From: a virus
DNA length: 64,000 nt
Direction: 5' to 3' (one strand)
Virus record (IMG/VR): IMGVR_UViG_3300034107_000273
Location: 43,957-107,956 of that record
Shown: positions 10,008 through 19,255 of the stretch, piece after piece
Position numbering within the stretch: the stretch's first letter is position 1
How the letters are laid out: every line of letters begins with the position of its first letter
Made by a program: the position numbers and the translations under genes
The notes under the pieces: model-generated
Seen by the model: only the letters and a program-made list of their open reading frames with translations
What the model was told of the DNA's origin: nothing
Databases searched by the model: none

Positions 10008-10526
10008 ATGACCTGCATTGCTGGAATAATGAAAGAAGGCAAAGTATATCTTGCTGGAGAACGAGGAGCCTCTGAAGGCACCTACATAGTACCTATTGAC
10101 AAACCAAAAATATGGAAATCTGGTCCTTATGTCTTTGGATTTGCTGGAACCTTTGATGGTCAAATTATTCAATATAACTTTATTCCACCTGCCTTAGAGG
10201 GTAATGTTGATAAATTTATGCATGGTAAGTTTTTAAAATCACTTAAAGCATTTTATAGTGAATGGGATATTGGTGGTAAAGATAGCGAGTTATCATTATT
10301 AATTGGAGTAAAAGGAAAGCTCTATGAGCATGATGCAGATGGACTAACTCTGATGTCCTATGACAGAGATTATTGTGCAATAGGTTCAGGTGCAGATTTT
10401 GCTATGGGATCACTTTTTGCCACACAAACACATAAAGATCCAAAACGTCGCCTTACATTAGCATTAAATGCAGCAGTTGCCTTTAGCACTTCTTGTATTG
10501 GCCCAGTTGACATAATTCAAGGTTAG
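10008..10526 (+). CDS. Ntn-hydrolase, HslV/proteasome-beta-like peptidase
   Basis: Thr directly after Met (MTCIAG), PKI and AIGSGADFAMGSL motifs. Confidence 0.75.
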   Translation: MTCIAGIMKEGKVYLAGERGASEGTYIVPIDKPKIWKSGPYVFGFAGTFDGQIIQYNFIPPALEGNVDKFMHGKFLKSLKAFYSEWDIGGKDSELSLLIGVKGKLYEHDADGLTLMSYDRDYCAIGSGADFAMGSLFATQTHKDPKRRLTLALNAAVAFSTSCIGPVDIIQG

Positions 10527-10541
10527 GGGTATACTTATATT

Positions 10542-10760
10542 ATGGATGAAGAATTTCAAGAAATATTAAAAAATATTCAAGATTCAGAATCAGACTATAA
10601 AGAGTTTGAAATATGGATTAAAAATGGGATTGAACGTGGATGGATAACAGAACCATTTTGTAATACACATGATGGAGATCCATACATGAGTGAAGAAGAG
10701 TTAGAAGAGTGGGACCAAGGTGGCGACCCATGTCAGGTAGTAATTAGAATAAAGCTATAG
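10542..10760 (+). CDS. hypothetical acidic protein
   Basis: leaderless ORF with FCNTHDG...GDPC motif. Confidence 0.65.
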   Translation: MDEEFQEILKNIQDSESDYKEFEIWIKNGIERGWITEPFCNTHDGDPYMSEEELEEWDQGGDPCQVVIRIKL

Positions 10761-10826
10761 TCTGATATAATATATATGTACTGCCTGCGGGGGTACATTA
10801 ACTTATTCGCTTGAAAGGGGAATAAA

Positions 10827-11249
10827 ATGGTAAGTGTAATAAAACATCCAATGGATCTATTAAATGATCCTTTTTTTATTGGCTTCAACAGAGAGTTGAA
10901 TCGCCTAAATAGTGCACATAAAACAAACTCACAATCATATCCTCCATATGATCTTCTTAAACTAGATGAAGATACATATAAGATCTCATTGGCTATTGCT
11001 GGATTTTCTAGGGAAGATATTGATGTCTCCGTAGATAATAGAACTCTTATTATCAAGGGTGAGATTGTAGAAGTAATAGATGCAGAGGTAGTTCATAAAG
11101 GTATCGCAGGAAGAAAGTTCGTAAGATCTTTTGCTCTTGGAGAATATATGGAAGTAAGCTCTGCAGAACTAAGGGATGGCATGCTACATATTAACGTAGT
11201 CCGCACTGTCCCTGAAGAAAAGAAACCTAAGACAATTAAGATAAAGTAA
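10827..11249 (+). CDS. hsp20: small heat-shock protein (IbpA/Hsp20)
   Basis: YPPYD, AIAGF, HKGIAGRKFVRSFAL and DGMLHI motifs. Confidence 0.93.
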   Translation: MVSVIKHPMDLLNDPFFIGFNRELNRLNSAHKTNSQSYPPYDLLKLDEDTYKISLAIAGFSREDIDVSVDNRTLIIKGEIVEVIDAEVVHKGIAGRKFVRSFALGEYMEVSSAELRDGMLHINVVRTVPEEKKPKTIKIK

Positions 11250-11254
11250 TTAAA

Positions 11255-11281
11255 ACACCTGAGCATGTGTATAAACTGCTC
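11255..11281 (+). ncRNA. 3'-UTR H-type pseudoknot element, copy 1
   Basis: ACAC-CT-GAGCA-T-GTGT-ATAAAC-TGCTC, 5 nt after hsp20 stop. Confidence 0.7.
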
Positions 11282-11356
11282 AATATTCACTTGGATTTAA
11301 TCATAAGTTTACCAATTATAACAAAAGTATATAGTTTTACACTATATACTATAAGT

Positions 11357-12400
11357 ATGAAATTTAAATTCATTACTTTACCAGTAGCATTAGCCATTTT
11401 TGCTAATGCTTTTTTTATTACTACTTCACATGCTGATAACCTACAAGGTGCTGGATCCACATTTGCTGCTAACTTTATAGACAGATGTAGGGTTGAATTT
11501 ATTAAATCAACAGGAGATTCTGTTGTATATGGAGCATCTGGATCGGGTGCTGGTAAAAATATGTTTTCAAATGGTGTAACAGATTTTGCTATGTCAGATG
11601 TTCCTTATTCTGGATCAGAACTAAAACCATCAAAAGAATTTACATATGTTCCATTAGTCGCAGGACCAATTGGAATTATATACAATCTTGATGGATATAA
11701 AATTACTATTAAGATGAGTAAGGATACTCTTGCTAAAGTTTTTGCGGGACAAATAACAATGTGGAATGATCCACAGATATTAAAAGAAAATATGATAGGA
11801 ACAAGACTGCCAAAGATACCATCAACAAAGATCAGAGTTGTTTACCGTATTGATGGATCTGGAACTTCAGAAGTATTTACGTCATACCTTAACGCAATTG
11901 CTCCAAATATATGGACAAAGCCAGGTAATAAAAATTTTATATCTGCATTTCCTGGTGATATATCTAAGCAATATATGAATAGTGCTTCTGGTTCACATGG
12001 CATTGCAATGGTACAGAGTACTACAAATGGATCTATTGGATACAACGAGATATCTTATGCAAGAGGACTTAAAACTATTTCTGTTGAGAATGAATCTGGA
12101 AGGTTTATGCAACCAACAGTTAGTGCAGCATCTGTATTTCTTGGAGATTTTGTTCCAGATAAAAGTGGGGCAGTTAAAATAAATTATAAAAATCCTAATA
12201 AACTATCCTATAACATATCTACATTCACCTACGGTATAGCATACAAAGAAAAGAACTCAAAGAATGATTCTGTAAAGAAGTTCTTTAATTTTATGTTGGA
12301 TACATGCGGTAAAAAAGCAGAAGATCTTGGATACTCACCAATAAGAGGAGCTATGCTTAAGTTTGCAAAGTCAAAGGTAGCAGAAGTAAGTTCAAAGTAG
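11357..12400 (+). CDS. pstS: phosphate ABC transporter substrate-binding protein
   Basis: signal peptide; GAGSTF, GSGAG, DFAMSD and RIDGSGTS motifs. Confidence 0.92.
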   Translation: MKFKFITLPVALAIFANAFFITTSHADNLQGAGSTFAANFIDRCRVEFIKSTGDSVVYGASGSGAGKNMFSNGVTDFAMSDVPYSGSELKPSKEFTYVPLVAGPIGIIYNLDGYKITIKMSKDTLAKVFAGQITMWNDPQILKENMIGTRLPKIPSTKIRVVYRIDGSGTSEVFTSYLNAIAPNIWTKPGNKNFISAFPGDISKQYMNSASGSHGIAMVQSTTNGSIGYNEISYARGLKTISVENESGRFMQPTVSAASVFLGDFVPDKSGAVKINYKNPNKLSYNISTFTYGIAYKEKNSKNDSVKKFFNFMLDTCGKKAEDLGYSPIRGAMLKFAKSKVAEVSSK

Positions 12401-12417
12401 TAGTACAATATAAATGT

Positions 12418-12499
12418 CCCCACACAGGACCTTAGTGATGGATTAGTTACCCATTGGATAGAGACCGTGGCGCAAGTCAGGTGAATTGCCTGTGTGGGG
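12418..12499 (+). ncRNA. putative structured RNA
   Basis: 11-bp closing stem CCCCACACAGG/CCTGTGTGGGG enclosing internal hairpins, one with a GCAA tetraloop. Confidence 0.5.
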
Positions 12500-12529
12500 C
12501 TTTAATATTTGTTGATATAATTAAAGCCT

Positions 12530-12805
12530 ATGACTGACAAAGAGTTAGTGCATTATAATAAGCAGCAGTTTAAAAAAAGACTGTCAGAGATTAAAGAAGC
12601 GTCTGGCTGCACAGACTGTGGAGTTACCAATCCAATAGTATTAGACTTTGATCATCTCAAAGATAAAAAATATAATATCTCAAGAATGATTCATGATGGA
12701 TTTTCTTGGGCAGCTATTAAAAAAGAAATTGCAAAGTGTGAGGTAGTATGTGCAAACTGTCATAGAATAAGAACTCATTATCGTTTGACACACAAAGCCT
12801 CCTAA
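12530..12805 (+). CDS. HNH endonuclease
   Basis: CxxC...DFDH...CANCHRIRTH. Confidence 0.85.
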   Translation: MTDKELVHYNKQQFKKRLSEIKEASGCTDCGVTNPIVLDFDHLKDKKYNISRMIHDGFSWAAIKKEIAKCEVVCANCHRIRTHYRLTHKAS

Positions 12806-12839
12806 TGCTATAATAGATAGATACCTATAGGAGGGTAAT

Positions 12840-13484
12840 ATGTCAGTTAAAGGATCAGTAGAAGCAATCATTGAAATTGCTAAAAAAGAACTAGGAACTA
12901 TTGAAGGACCAAAAGATAATGAAACAAAGTACGGTGCATGGATTAAGGTTAATTTTCAACCATGGTGTCAATCATTTGTTTCGTGGTGTGCATTTACAGC
13001 GGGAGTTAAATCATTCCCAAAGTCTGCTTCAACAGTAGCAGCATCAGATCAGTTCAAGAAAGAAGGACGTTGGTCAGATGCACGTAATGATGACCCAATG
13101 CCAGGAGACTGGATCTATTTTGATTTTCCAGAAGATGGAGTAAATCGTATTTCACATGTTGGTATTTGTATTAAAAATAATGGTGATGGAACTATTCAAG
13201 TTATTGAAGGAAACACTTCAGGAACTGCAAAGGGAGATCAGAGAAACGGCGGAATGTGCGTTGAGAAGACTCGTGGATACGTCAAGAACAATAAGAAGAA
13301 GTTAGTAAATGCTGTTGTTGGTTGGGGTCGTCCAGTATATACTGGTGAAGAGAATGCTCCACTGCTAAATAAGTTGGCAGCAACACCAGTTACGTCTACA
13401 TCTCCAGATGCTGCTAAGAAAGATGCAAAGGCTGCTGCTAAGAAATCTTCTGGTGGCGGAGGAAAAGGTAAGGTAGCACTATAA
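12840..13484 (+). CDS. CHAP-domain peptidoglycan hydrolase (endolysin)
   Basis: PWCQSFVSW, PGD, SHVGI and IEGNT motifs. Confidence 0.85.
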   Translation: MSVKGSVEAIIEIAKKELGTIEGPKDNETKYGAWIKVNFQPWCQSFVSWCAFTAGVKSFPKSASTVAASDQFKKEGRWSDARNDDPMPGDWIYFDFPEDGVNRISHVGICIKNNGDGTIQVIEGNTSGTAKGDQRNGGMCVEKTRGYVKNNKKKLVNAVVGWGRPVYTGEENAPLLNKLAATPVTSTSPDAAKKDAKAAAKKSSGGGGKGKVAL

Positions 13485-13702
13485 TGGATTCTAGAAGAAA
13501 GTCATTACTAAAAACCATAAGCTGGCCCTTTGTACATTTTACTTTTGTTGCTGGAATAATTTATTCTTTGCTTAAGCATTTTACTGGGGAAGCAGAATGG
13601 GAATATGTTGGTCTATACGGACTAATGTACCTTACATTAGAAATGACTTTCTTCTTTATTCATGAGCGAGTTTGGTCTAAATTTGGTAAAAAGGTAAAGT
13701 AA
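13484..13702 (+). CDS. DUF2061-like membrane protein
   Basis: KSLLKTISW...HERVW signature. Confidence 0.7.
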   Translation: MDSRRKSLLKTISWPFVHFTFVAGIIYSLLKHFTGEAEWEYVGLYGLMYLTLEMTFFFIHERVWSKFGKKVK

Positions 13703-14283
13703 TGAAAGTTCTAGGGGATAAAATTTTTATTATAGAAAATTTTATATCTGTTGATACTGCAAACTTTTTAGTAGATTCATTTACTGAGAATATACAGCCA
13801 ACAGTTCACCCTGGAATATACAGCGGACCAGGCCAAGGAGACAATGAAGCCTATAAAATCAGTGGTCAACACAAGATCAAGCAATATGATTCAAAAAATA
13901 ACATTGCTATTGATATAATGACAAGTCTTTGTCCAAGTATGGAAAAGGTTATGTCTAATGTATTCAATAAAAACCTACAATTAAAGTCTATTTCTTATGT
14001 TCATATGAAATCAGGTGGAAAAAATGATCTTCACTATGATAACTATAGTGAAGAATACAAGGATGATTACTCAGGTATTTTATATTTAACAGATAAATAC
14101 TTAGGTGGCGCTTTAAATTTTCCTAACAATGACATAAAAATAGAGCCTAAAATAGGAGATTTTATATGTTTTGTTGGTGACAACGAACTAGAGCATGAGG
14201 TTCAAGAAGTAATTCAAGGAGATCGTGTTAATCTAGTATGTTTTTTTAATGAAAAAGGAAAAGATATATATGCCAATCTATGA
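13702..14283 (+). CDS. 2OG-Fe(II) oxygenase
   Basis: HYD...YLTDKYLGG...HEV...GDR. Confidence 0.85.
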   Translation: MKVLGDKIFIIENFISVDTANFLVDSFTENIQPTVHPGIYSGPGQGDNEAYKISGQHKIKQYDSKNNIAIDIMTSLCPSMEKVMSNVFNKNLQLKSISYVHMKSGGKNDLHYDNYSEEYKDDYSGILYLTDKYLGGALNFPNNDIKIEPKIGDFICFVGDNELEHEVQEVIQGDRVNLVCFFNEKGKDIYANL

Positions 14284-14455
14284 ATATAAATGTTTAAATG
14301 AATGTAATGGAATAGTAAACAAACAAAGATCTATAACTGAATCAGATCCAGGATATCTCTGTGAGACTTGCAATGTTCAACTAGAACGTGTATACTCTAA
14401 TATAGGAGCAGTATTCAACGGTAGTGGATTTTATTCCACTGATAATAGAAAGTAG
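14270..14455 (+). CDS. FmdB-family zinc ribbon protein
   Basis: MPIYEYKC...CETC...FNGSGFYSTD. Confidence 0.85.
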   Translation: MPIYEYKCLNECNGIVNKQRSITESDPGYLCETCNVQLERVYSNIGAVFNGSGFYSTDNRK

Positions 14456-14473
14456 GAGTATACTATTAACACA

Positions 14474-14722
14474 ATGATTACAGAACAAGAAGATAAAAAA
14501 GACTGGGTATTAAAGGCTACAGATCGTTGCGATTCTTGTGCAGCAGAAGCCCTTGTTCAGGTTACTGGAATTGAAGGTGTTTTAACATTTTGTGGGCATC
14601 ACTATAATAAAATTATGAACAATCCAGATGGATACAAGAAGATGATGTCTTTTGCAATAAGTATTATTGATGAAAGAGATAAGCTTATTCAGAACAAGTT
14701 AAAGGATGAAGATTATGTATGA
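14474..14722 (+). CDS. hypothetical Zn-binding protein
   Basis: DRCDSC...FCGHH motif. Confidence 0.7.
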   Translation: MITEQEDKKDWVLKATDRCDSCAAEALVQVTGIEGVLTFCGHHYNKIMNNPDGYKKMMSFAISIIDERDKLIQNKLKDEDYV

Positions 14723-15122
14723 GTACTATGTTCGTAAAGTAGAGAATGTCGTAGATGGAGATACCATTGATGTTCTTATTGATTTAGGGTTTGATATTTT
14801 ATTTCAATCACGTGTTAGATTAGCTGGCATTGATACCCCTGAGTCTCGCACAAAGGATCTTAAAGAGAAGGCTTTGGGGCTTGAGTCTAAAGAATATCTA
14901 AAGAAGCATTTAAAGGATGCTAAGTCTGTTGTCATTAAGACTGAAAAAATGGATTCCTCTGAAAAGTATGGTCGCATTCTTGGCTGGGTATATATTAATG
15001 GTGACACAGAATCTCTTAATGATAAGATGATTAATGATGGATATGCTTGGGGATATATGGGTGATACTAAAGTTAAAGACTTTGATGCTCTTGAAAAAGC
15101 AAGAAAGAAGTCTGGTAAATGA
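14715..15122 (+). CDS. thermonuclease (SNase-like)
   Basis: VVDGDT, VRLAGIDTPE and KYGRILG motifs. Confidence 0.9.
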   Translation: MYEYYVRKVENVVDGDTIDVLIDLGFDILFQSRVRLAGIDTPESRTKDLKEKALGLESKEYLKKHLKDAKSVVIKTEKMDSSEKYGRILGWVYINGDTESLNDKMINDGYAWGYMGDTKVKDFDALEKARKKSGK

Positions 15123-15370
15123 CACACGTACTTTACTTCACCGCTGACTGGTGTAATCCTTGTCAACGCACTAGACCAATTACAGATGAGCTTAAGCGTG
15201 AAGGAATAATTGATTTTTTATATGTTGATGTAGATACAGAGATAGAGTTATCAGAAGAGTTTGGCATTAAATCTATACCAACCTACATATTAATTGAAGA
15301 TGGCATAGAGGTTAAAAGAATGAATGGTGCAAAAACTCGTCAAGAATTCTTGGACTTCATGGATGTTTGA
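15119..15370 (+). CDS. thioredoxin
   Basis: WCNPC active site and SIPT cis-Pro motif. Confidence 0.88.
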   Translation: MTHVLYFTADWCNPCQRTRPITDELKREGIIDFLYVDVDTEIELSEEFGIKSIPTYILIEDGIEVKRMNGAKTRQEFLDFMDV

Positions 15371-15707
15371 TGATGATGCCATAAGTCAGATAATAGATGA
15401 CTTAATTCTTGAGGGTGGATTAGAGGTTGCAGGTATTGATCCTGATAGTGGAGAAATGTTATATTCTTTTACTCCAAAGGTTAAAGAACTAATGCCTGAA
15501 CTATATGAAGATCACTTAAATTTTGTTAATGCTGAACTTATGGTCCTGTGGGAAAAAGGGTATGTTAATATAGACTTCTTTAAAGAAGACCCATTAATCT
15601 CACTAACAAATAAGGCTCATGATCCAGACGAGGTAGCCAAGCTTTCAAAGCAGGAGAAATGGTCTCTTCAGGAGCTAAAAAGAGTTGTAAAGTCTCAAGA
15701 ATTCTGA
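15363..15707 (+). CDS. hypothetical protein
   Basis: ORF coupled to thioredoxin. Confidence 0.6.
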   Translation: MFDDDAISQIIDDLILEGGLEVAGIDPDSGEMLYSFTPKVKELMPELYEDHLNFVNAELMVLWEKGYVNIDFFKEDPLISLTNKAHDPDEVAKLSKQEKWSLQELKRVVKSQEF

Positions 15708-15719
15708 TATAATCATTGT

Positions 15720-16778
15720 ATGCCATATCGTGTAGGTGCTAAAGGAAGTTACGGTTGCTCAGGATACCCTGCGTTAAAAGAGGGTACCAATGAAGTAATG
15801 GGCTGTCATACCTCTAGATCAGAAGCAGCAGCACAAATATATGCAATTAATCGTAGCGAAGGAAACATAGGTAAGAGTATGCCAAATCTAAAAGAAGGCG
15901 ATTACGCCATGACAGCACACGGATCTGATGAAGAGGTCCACATTGGTCAAGTAATTCATGTTATGCGTGAAGGCATGCTTGGTGTTCCTGGAGGAGAGTA
16001 CTCATTAGAAGCATCCGCAGAAAACCCAGCGGTACTAATTCAGTTATTTGAACAAGATGAAAATGGTTTATGGGAAGCAACCAACCTATATACAGGATGC
16101 ATGATGTCGCTCATGGTTGCAATTGATCCACTACCACAAGAACCAACTGAAGAAGAAGTTGCAATGGGTATGTACGATGCATCAATTGGAAAATCAGAAT
16201 GTTGCCCAGAAGATATTTCTAAGCAAGCACCTTGTTGGGATGGTTATGTACAACGTGGAATGAAGCCAGGAAAAGATGGCAAGAAAGTTCCTAACTGTGT
16301 ACCTGCTGCAAAGGCAGATGATTTATTTGAAGATGATGACACAGTTGAATATGAGACTGATACAGTTTCTAAGGCTGAAGGCTACTCGCCACCAGCAGGA
16401 GCAAGATCTGCTGCTCGCAGAGCAATTAAGTTTAAAGAAGATGGTAAGGCAACTGGTGCAGGAACTGCAGTTGGTTGGACTCGTGCAGGCCAGTTAGCAA
16501 GAGGAGAAACTATTTCTCTCAGCACTGTTAAGAGAATGTACTCATACTTCTCACGCCATGAGGTAGACAAAAAGGGCAAGGACTGGGGTAACTCAGCAAA
16601 TCCTTCTAATGGATATATCATGTGGTTAGCATGGGGTGGAGATGCAGGATTCTCTTGGTCAAGAGGAATTGTTAATCGTGAAAAAGATAAGGCTTTGTTT
16701 GCTGACTTTGGTAAAGACTACACAACATCTCAGTCATTGACGCATATATTTAAGCCAAAAGAAAATGGTAATCAATAA
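15720..16778 (+). CDS. multidomain hypothetical phage protein
   Basis: 352 aa, leaderless start; PCWDGY..VPNCVP motif and basic C-terminal domain (RAGQLA...WLAWGG). Confidence 0.7.
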   Translation: MPYRVGAKGSYGCSGYPALKEGTNEVMGCHTSRSEAAAQIYAINRSEGNIGKSMPNLKEGDYAMTAHGSDEEVHIGQVIHVMREGMLGVPGGEYSLEASAENPAVLIQLFEQDENGLWEATNLYTGCMMSLMVAIDPLPQEPTEEEVAMGMYDASIGKSECCPEDISKQAPCWDGYVQRGMKPGKDGKKVPNCVPAAKADDLFEDDDTVEYETDTVSKAEGYSPPAGARSAARRAIKFKEDGKATGAGTAVGWTRAGQLARGETISLSTVKRMYSYFSRHEVDKKGKDWGNSANPSNGYIMWLAWGGDAGFSWSRGIVNREKDKALFADFGKDYTTSQSLTHIFKPKENGNQ

Positions 16779-16928
16779 TGCCAAAAAAGAAGGCTGGATC
16801 ATTTAATGCAACACAAATTAAAGATGGAAAGGTTGTTCGTTTAAATAAAAACGGTACAATTAAATCTATTATTAGTGACTATATTGTAAAACATCCTAAG
16901 AAAGATTAATCTATTTAACGGGGAGAGC

Positions 16929-17348
16929 ATGACATATATATTAGCCATTGGCTTGACATTGCTGTCTATATCCTCTATAATTATAATAGCAGTAAAAAGA
17001 AGTAAAAAGTATTTTACTAAAGTTGTATATACACAAAGTGATATACATCAAATAGTAAAAAACTTTATTCCAAAAGATCTTTTTGAAATGCCAAAACCGC
17101 TTTCTCAAGCAAGAAAGCATATACGTAATAATACAGTAAAGGTTTTGATAATAGAAGATCAGGCATATTGGGTACATAACAATATGTTTTATGTGGCTGA
17201 TACAGTTGAAGGACTAGTAAGTCCAGAAACAGTCAGGCCAGTTGATACAAACAATATGTCAAAGCGAGATATTGATAAGATGCTATTCATTTTGGATAGC
17301 TTAAAGAATGGGAATTCTGATGATAGTAGCAGTACATGGAACAACTGA
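16929..17348 (+). CDS. membrane-anchored hypothetical protein
   Basis: N-terminal TM helix. Confidence 0.65.
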   Translation: MTYILAIGLTLLSISSIIIIAVKRSKKYFTKVVYTQSDIHQIVKNFIPKDLFEMPKPLSQARKHIRNNTVKVLIIEDQAYWVHNNMFYVADTVEGLVSPETVRPVDTNNMSKRDIDKMLFILDSLKNGNSDDSSSTWNN

Positions 17349-17670
17349 CTTTGATGATTATCAAGTCTTTCTTCGTGCTATGGGTGTTGCTCTTTCTGGA
17401 ATGCAAGACGGAGAAAAAGAGTTTATAGTTTATTCAGCAGGTCCAGCATCTGTTAATTCTTTCGTATCTGAATTCTGTAACCTTTCTGAAAGAGGAATGA
17501 AATCTCGTGGCCGTAAGATTAAATTTATGCAGGTACCTACATGGTACATTGAAGAAAACATTAATAGTGTAAATTATCTTGTATTTCTTAGCAAGCCTAA
17601 GCAGCCTGTATCAAAACTTGTTACAACTGCTGAACAAAATAACATTGAAGTTGGAATTTTCCGATACTAA
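17320..17670 (+). CDS. YspA/SLOG-like protein
   Basis: MIVAVHGTTDFDDY N-terminus resembles the SLOG G-x-R/T-x-F-x-D-Y pattern. Confidence 0.45.
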   Translation: MIVAVHGTTDFDDYQVFLRAMGVALSGMQDGEKEFIVYSAGPASVNSFVSEFCNLSERGMKSRGRKIKFMQVPTWYIEENINSVNYLVFLSKPKQPVSKLVTTAEQNNIEVGIFRY

Positions 17671-17680
17671 AGGGGTAAAA

Positions 17681-17890
17681 ATGATAGTAAATAATTTAGA
17701 AACAATGGAAAAGATTGTGTCAAAGAACTACAATCTTCATTGGGATGGTTGGACAGTAGTAGAAACAAAACAGTCTGATATGGCAAAGACTGCAATTAAT
17801 GGAATTTATCGTAAAGGTAAGTGGTTCTTAGCAAAGAATTTTGTACCTGATCGTAAAGGCTGGGATATTCCAAACAGATATAAGGTATAA
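17681..17890 (+). CDS. hypothetical protein
   Basis: SD AGGGG followed by ATG. Confidence 0.6.
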   Translation: MIVNNLETMEKIVSKNYNLHWDGWTVVETKQSDMAKTAINGIYRKGKWFLAKNFVPDRKGWDIPNRYKV

Positions 17891-17892
17891 AT

Positions 17893-18180
17893 ATGAAGCA
17901 ACACTTATGGAAAGATGAAGGTGCTTGCTTTGATATGGACACAAATTTATTTTTTGATAAATATGAAGACGATGAATTGATTAGACCAATAATAGATAAT
18001 CTTTGTCAATCATGTCCAGTTCAAAGAATATGTTTTGCCAATGGTGTATCTGGTAAAGAGTGGGGAATTTGGGGCGGTATTTACCTAGAAAATGGTGAAA
18101 TATCTAGAGAGTTTAGTAAACATAGAACAAAAGAAAAGTGGGGTGAAGTATGGAAATCTCTAACAATGGAGAAGAATTAA
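17893..18180 (+). CDS. whiB: WhiB-family Fe-S transcription factor
   Basis: W...AC...FF...CxxCPVxxxC...GIWGG. Confidence 0.92.
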   Translation: MKQHLWKDEGACFDMDTNLFFDKYEDDELIRPIIDNLCQSCPVQRICFANGVSGKEWGIWGGIYLENGEISREFSKHRTKEKWGEVWKSLTMEKN

Positions 18181-18452
18181 CAAGCTTTGAAGCAATGTCT
18201 TCTATACTTGGTGAGCTTTGGATGGACTATAAGTCTGACAAATACTTCAAAGACTTTATTGAGTATAATGATATTGGATTACCAATTGCATTTTTAGTTG
18301 ATAATGAACTTGTAGAACCAACACAATTAGCTAAGCAATATGTTTATGAAACTTGGAATATATTTTTAGCAGCATTAGAAATTACAGAAGATCTTGGCTG
18401 GGAATCTCTTGAAGAGATTTTTAATTTTGTAGAAAAGAAAAATCAAAAATAA
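18150..18452 (+). CDS. hypothetical protein
   Basis: FIEYNDIGLPIA motif, in operon. Confidence 0.65.
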   Translation: MEISNNGEELTSFEAMSSILGELWMDYKSDKYFKDFIEYNDIGLPIAFLVDNELVEPTQLAKQYVYETWNIFLAALEITEDLGWESLEEIFNFVEKKNQK

Positions 18453-18682
18453 TGTATACAGATACTATGCGTAGAGCAGTTCGTTCTATTACTTCTCCTA
18501 AAAATTTTGGAGTAGAGATTATTGATAATGAACATTTTTTAACTATTAAATTAAACGAATATGACTTTATTACAATGAATCATGATGAAAAAATCCAAGC
18601 ATTACAGTATGTTGTACAACTTAAAAGTGCATTAGAGATGGAAGGTGCTATAGTGTTAGTTACAAGGGAGCCTATAAAATAA
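18452..18682 (+). CDS. hypothetical protein
   Basis: coupled ORF. Confidence 0.65.
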   Translation: MYTDTMRRAVRSITSPKNFGVEIIDNEHFLTIKLNEYDFITMNHDEKIQALQYVVQLKSALEMEGAIVLVTREPIK

Positions 18683-19092
18683 TGACAACTGTAGAAATAA
18701 TCTTAAGTATACTATCTGTATTTTTGTTTATTGTATCTATTAGATTAACCTTCAGAGTATATAATCTAATAAATAGAATAAGTATATTGTCTGTGGCTTA
18801 TGCTAAAATTGAATCATTAACTTCTTTAAAAGACAATAATGATATGAATAATGATGTTCATAAAGAGAACTTTATTAAATTCTTATCAGATTCTCGTGAT
18901 TGGGCATATCAATATATCAAAGATGTTCAAGACAGTTTAGAAAAGTTTGTAAACGAAGTTGAGCCAGAGATTGCATATTTTGATGAGTACGGACTTGTTG
19001 GTGATGCATACCCACATTATCACTCAATGAAAAAAATATCATCAGAGTATAAAGAATTAAAGAAGTTGTTACCAAGTGAGGAAACAAAATGA
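18682..19092 (+). CDS. membrane-anchored hypothetical protein
   Basis: N-terminal TM helix, coupled ORF. Confidence 0.65.
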   Translation: MTTVEIILSILSVFLFIVSIRLTFRVYNLINRISILSVAYAKIESLTSLKDNNDMNNDVHKENFIKFLSDSRDWAYQYIKDVQDSLEKFVNEVEPEIAYFDEYGLVGDAYPHYHSMKKISSEYKELKKLLPSEETK

Positions 19093-19247
19093 AAGATATT
19101 TTATTATCAACATTAACAGGTTTTGGATGTGGTGTCGTGTTTGCTGCATTCAAATTACCAGTCCCAGCTCCACCAGTTTTTGCGGGAGTCGCAGGAATTA
19201 TTGGACTATGGATTGGTTTTACAATACTAACACGAATTATATCCTAG
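19089..19247 (+). CDS. XapX/DUF1427-like small membrane protein (not in ORF track)
   Basis: 52 aa containing FKLPVPAPPVFAGVAGIIG. Confidence 0.7.
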   Translation: MKDILLSTLTGFGCGVVFAAFKLPVPAPPVFAGVAGIIGLWIGFTILTRIIS

Positions 19248-19255
19248 GAGGAAAA

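Noticed and set aside
12530-12805. HNH gene as part of a group I intron
   Set aside because: Flanking pstS and CHAP genes are uninterrupted, and the adjacent structured element is too short for an intron core
19076-19255. N-terminal extension of ORF 19076-19558
   Set aside because: This stretch is occupied by the XapX-like gene in another frame; the real start is at 19256 after AGGAGG
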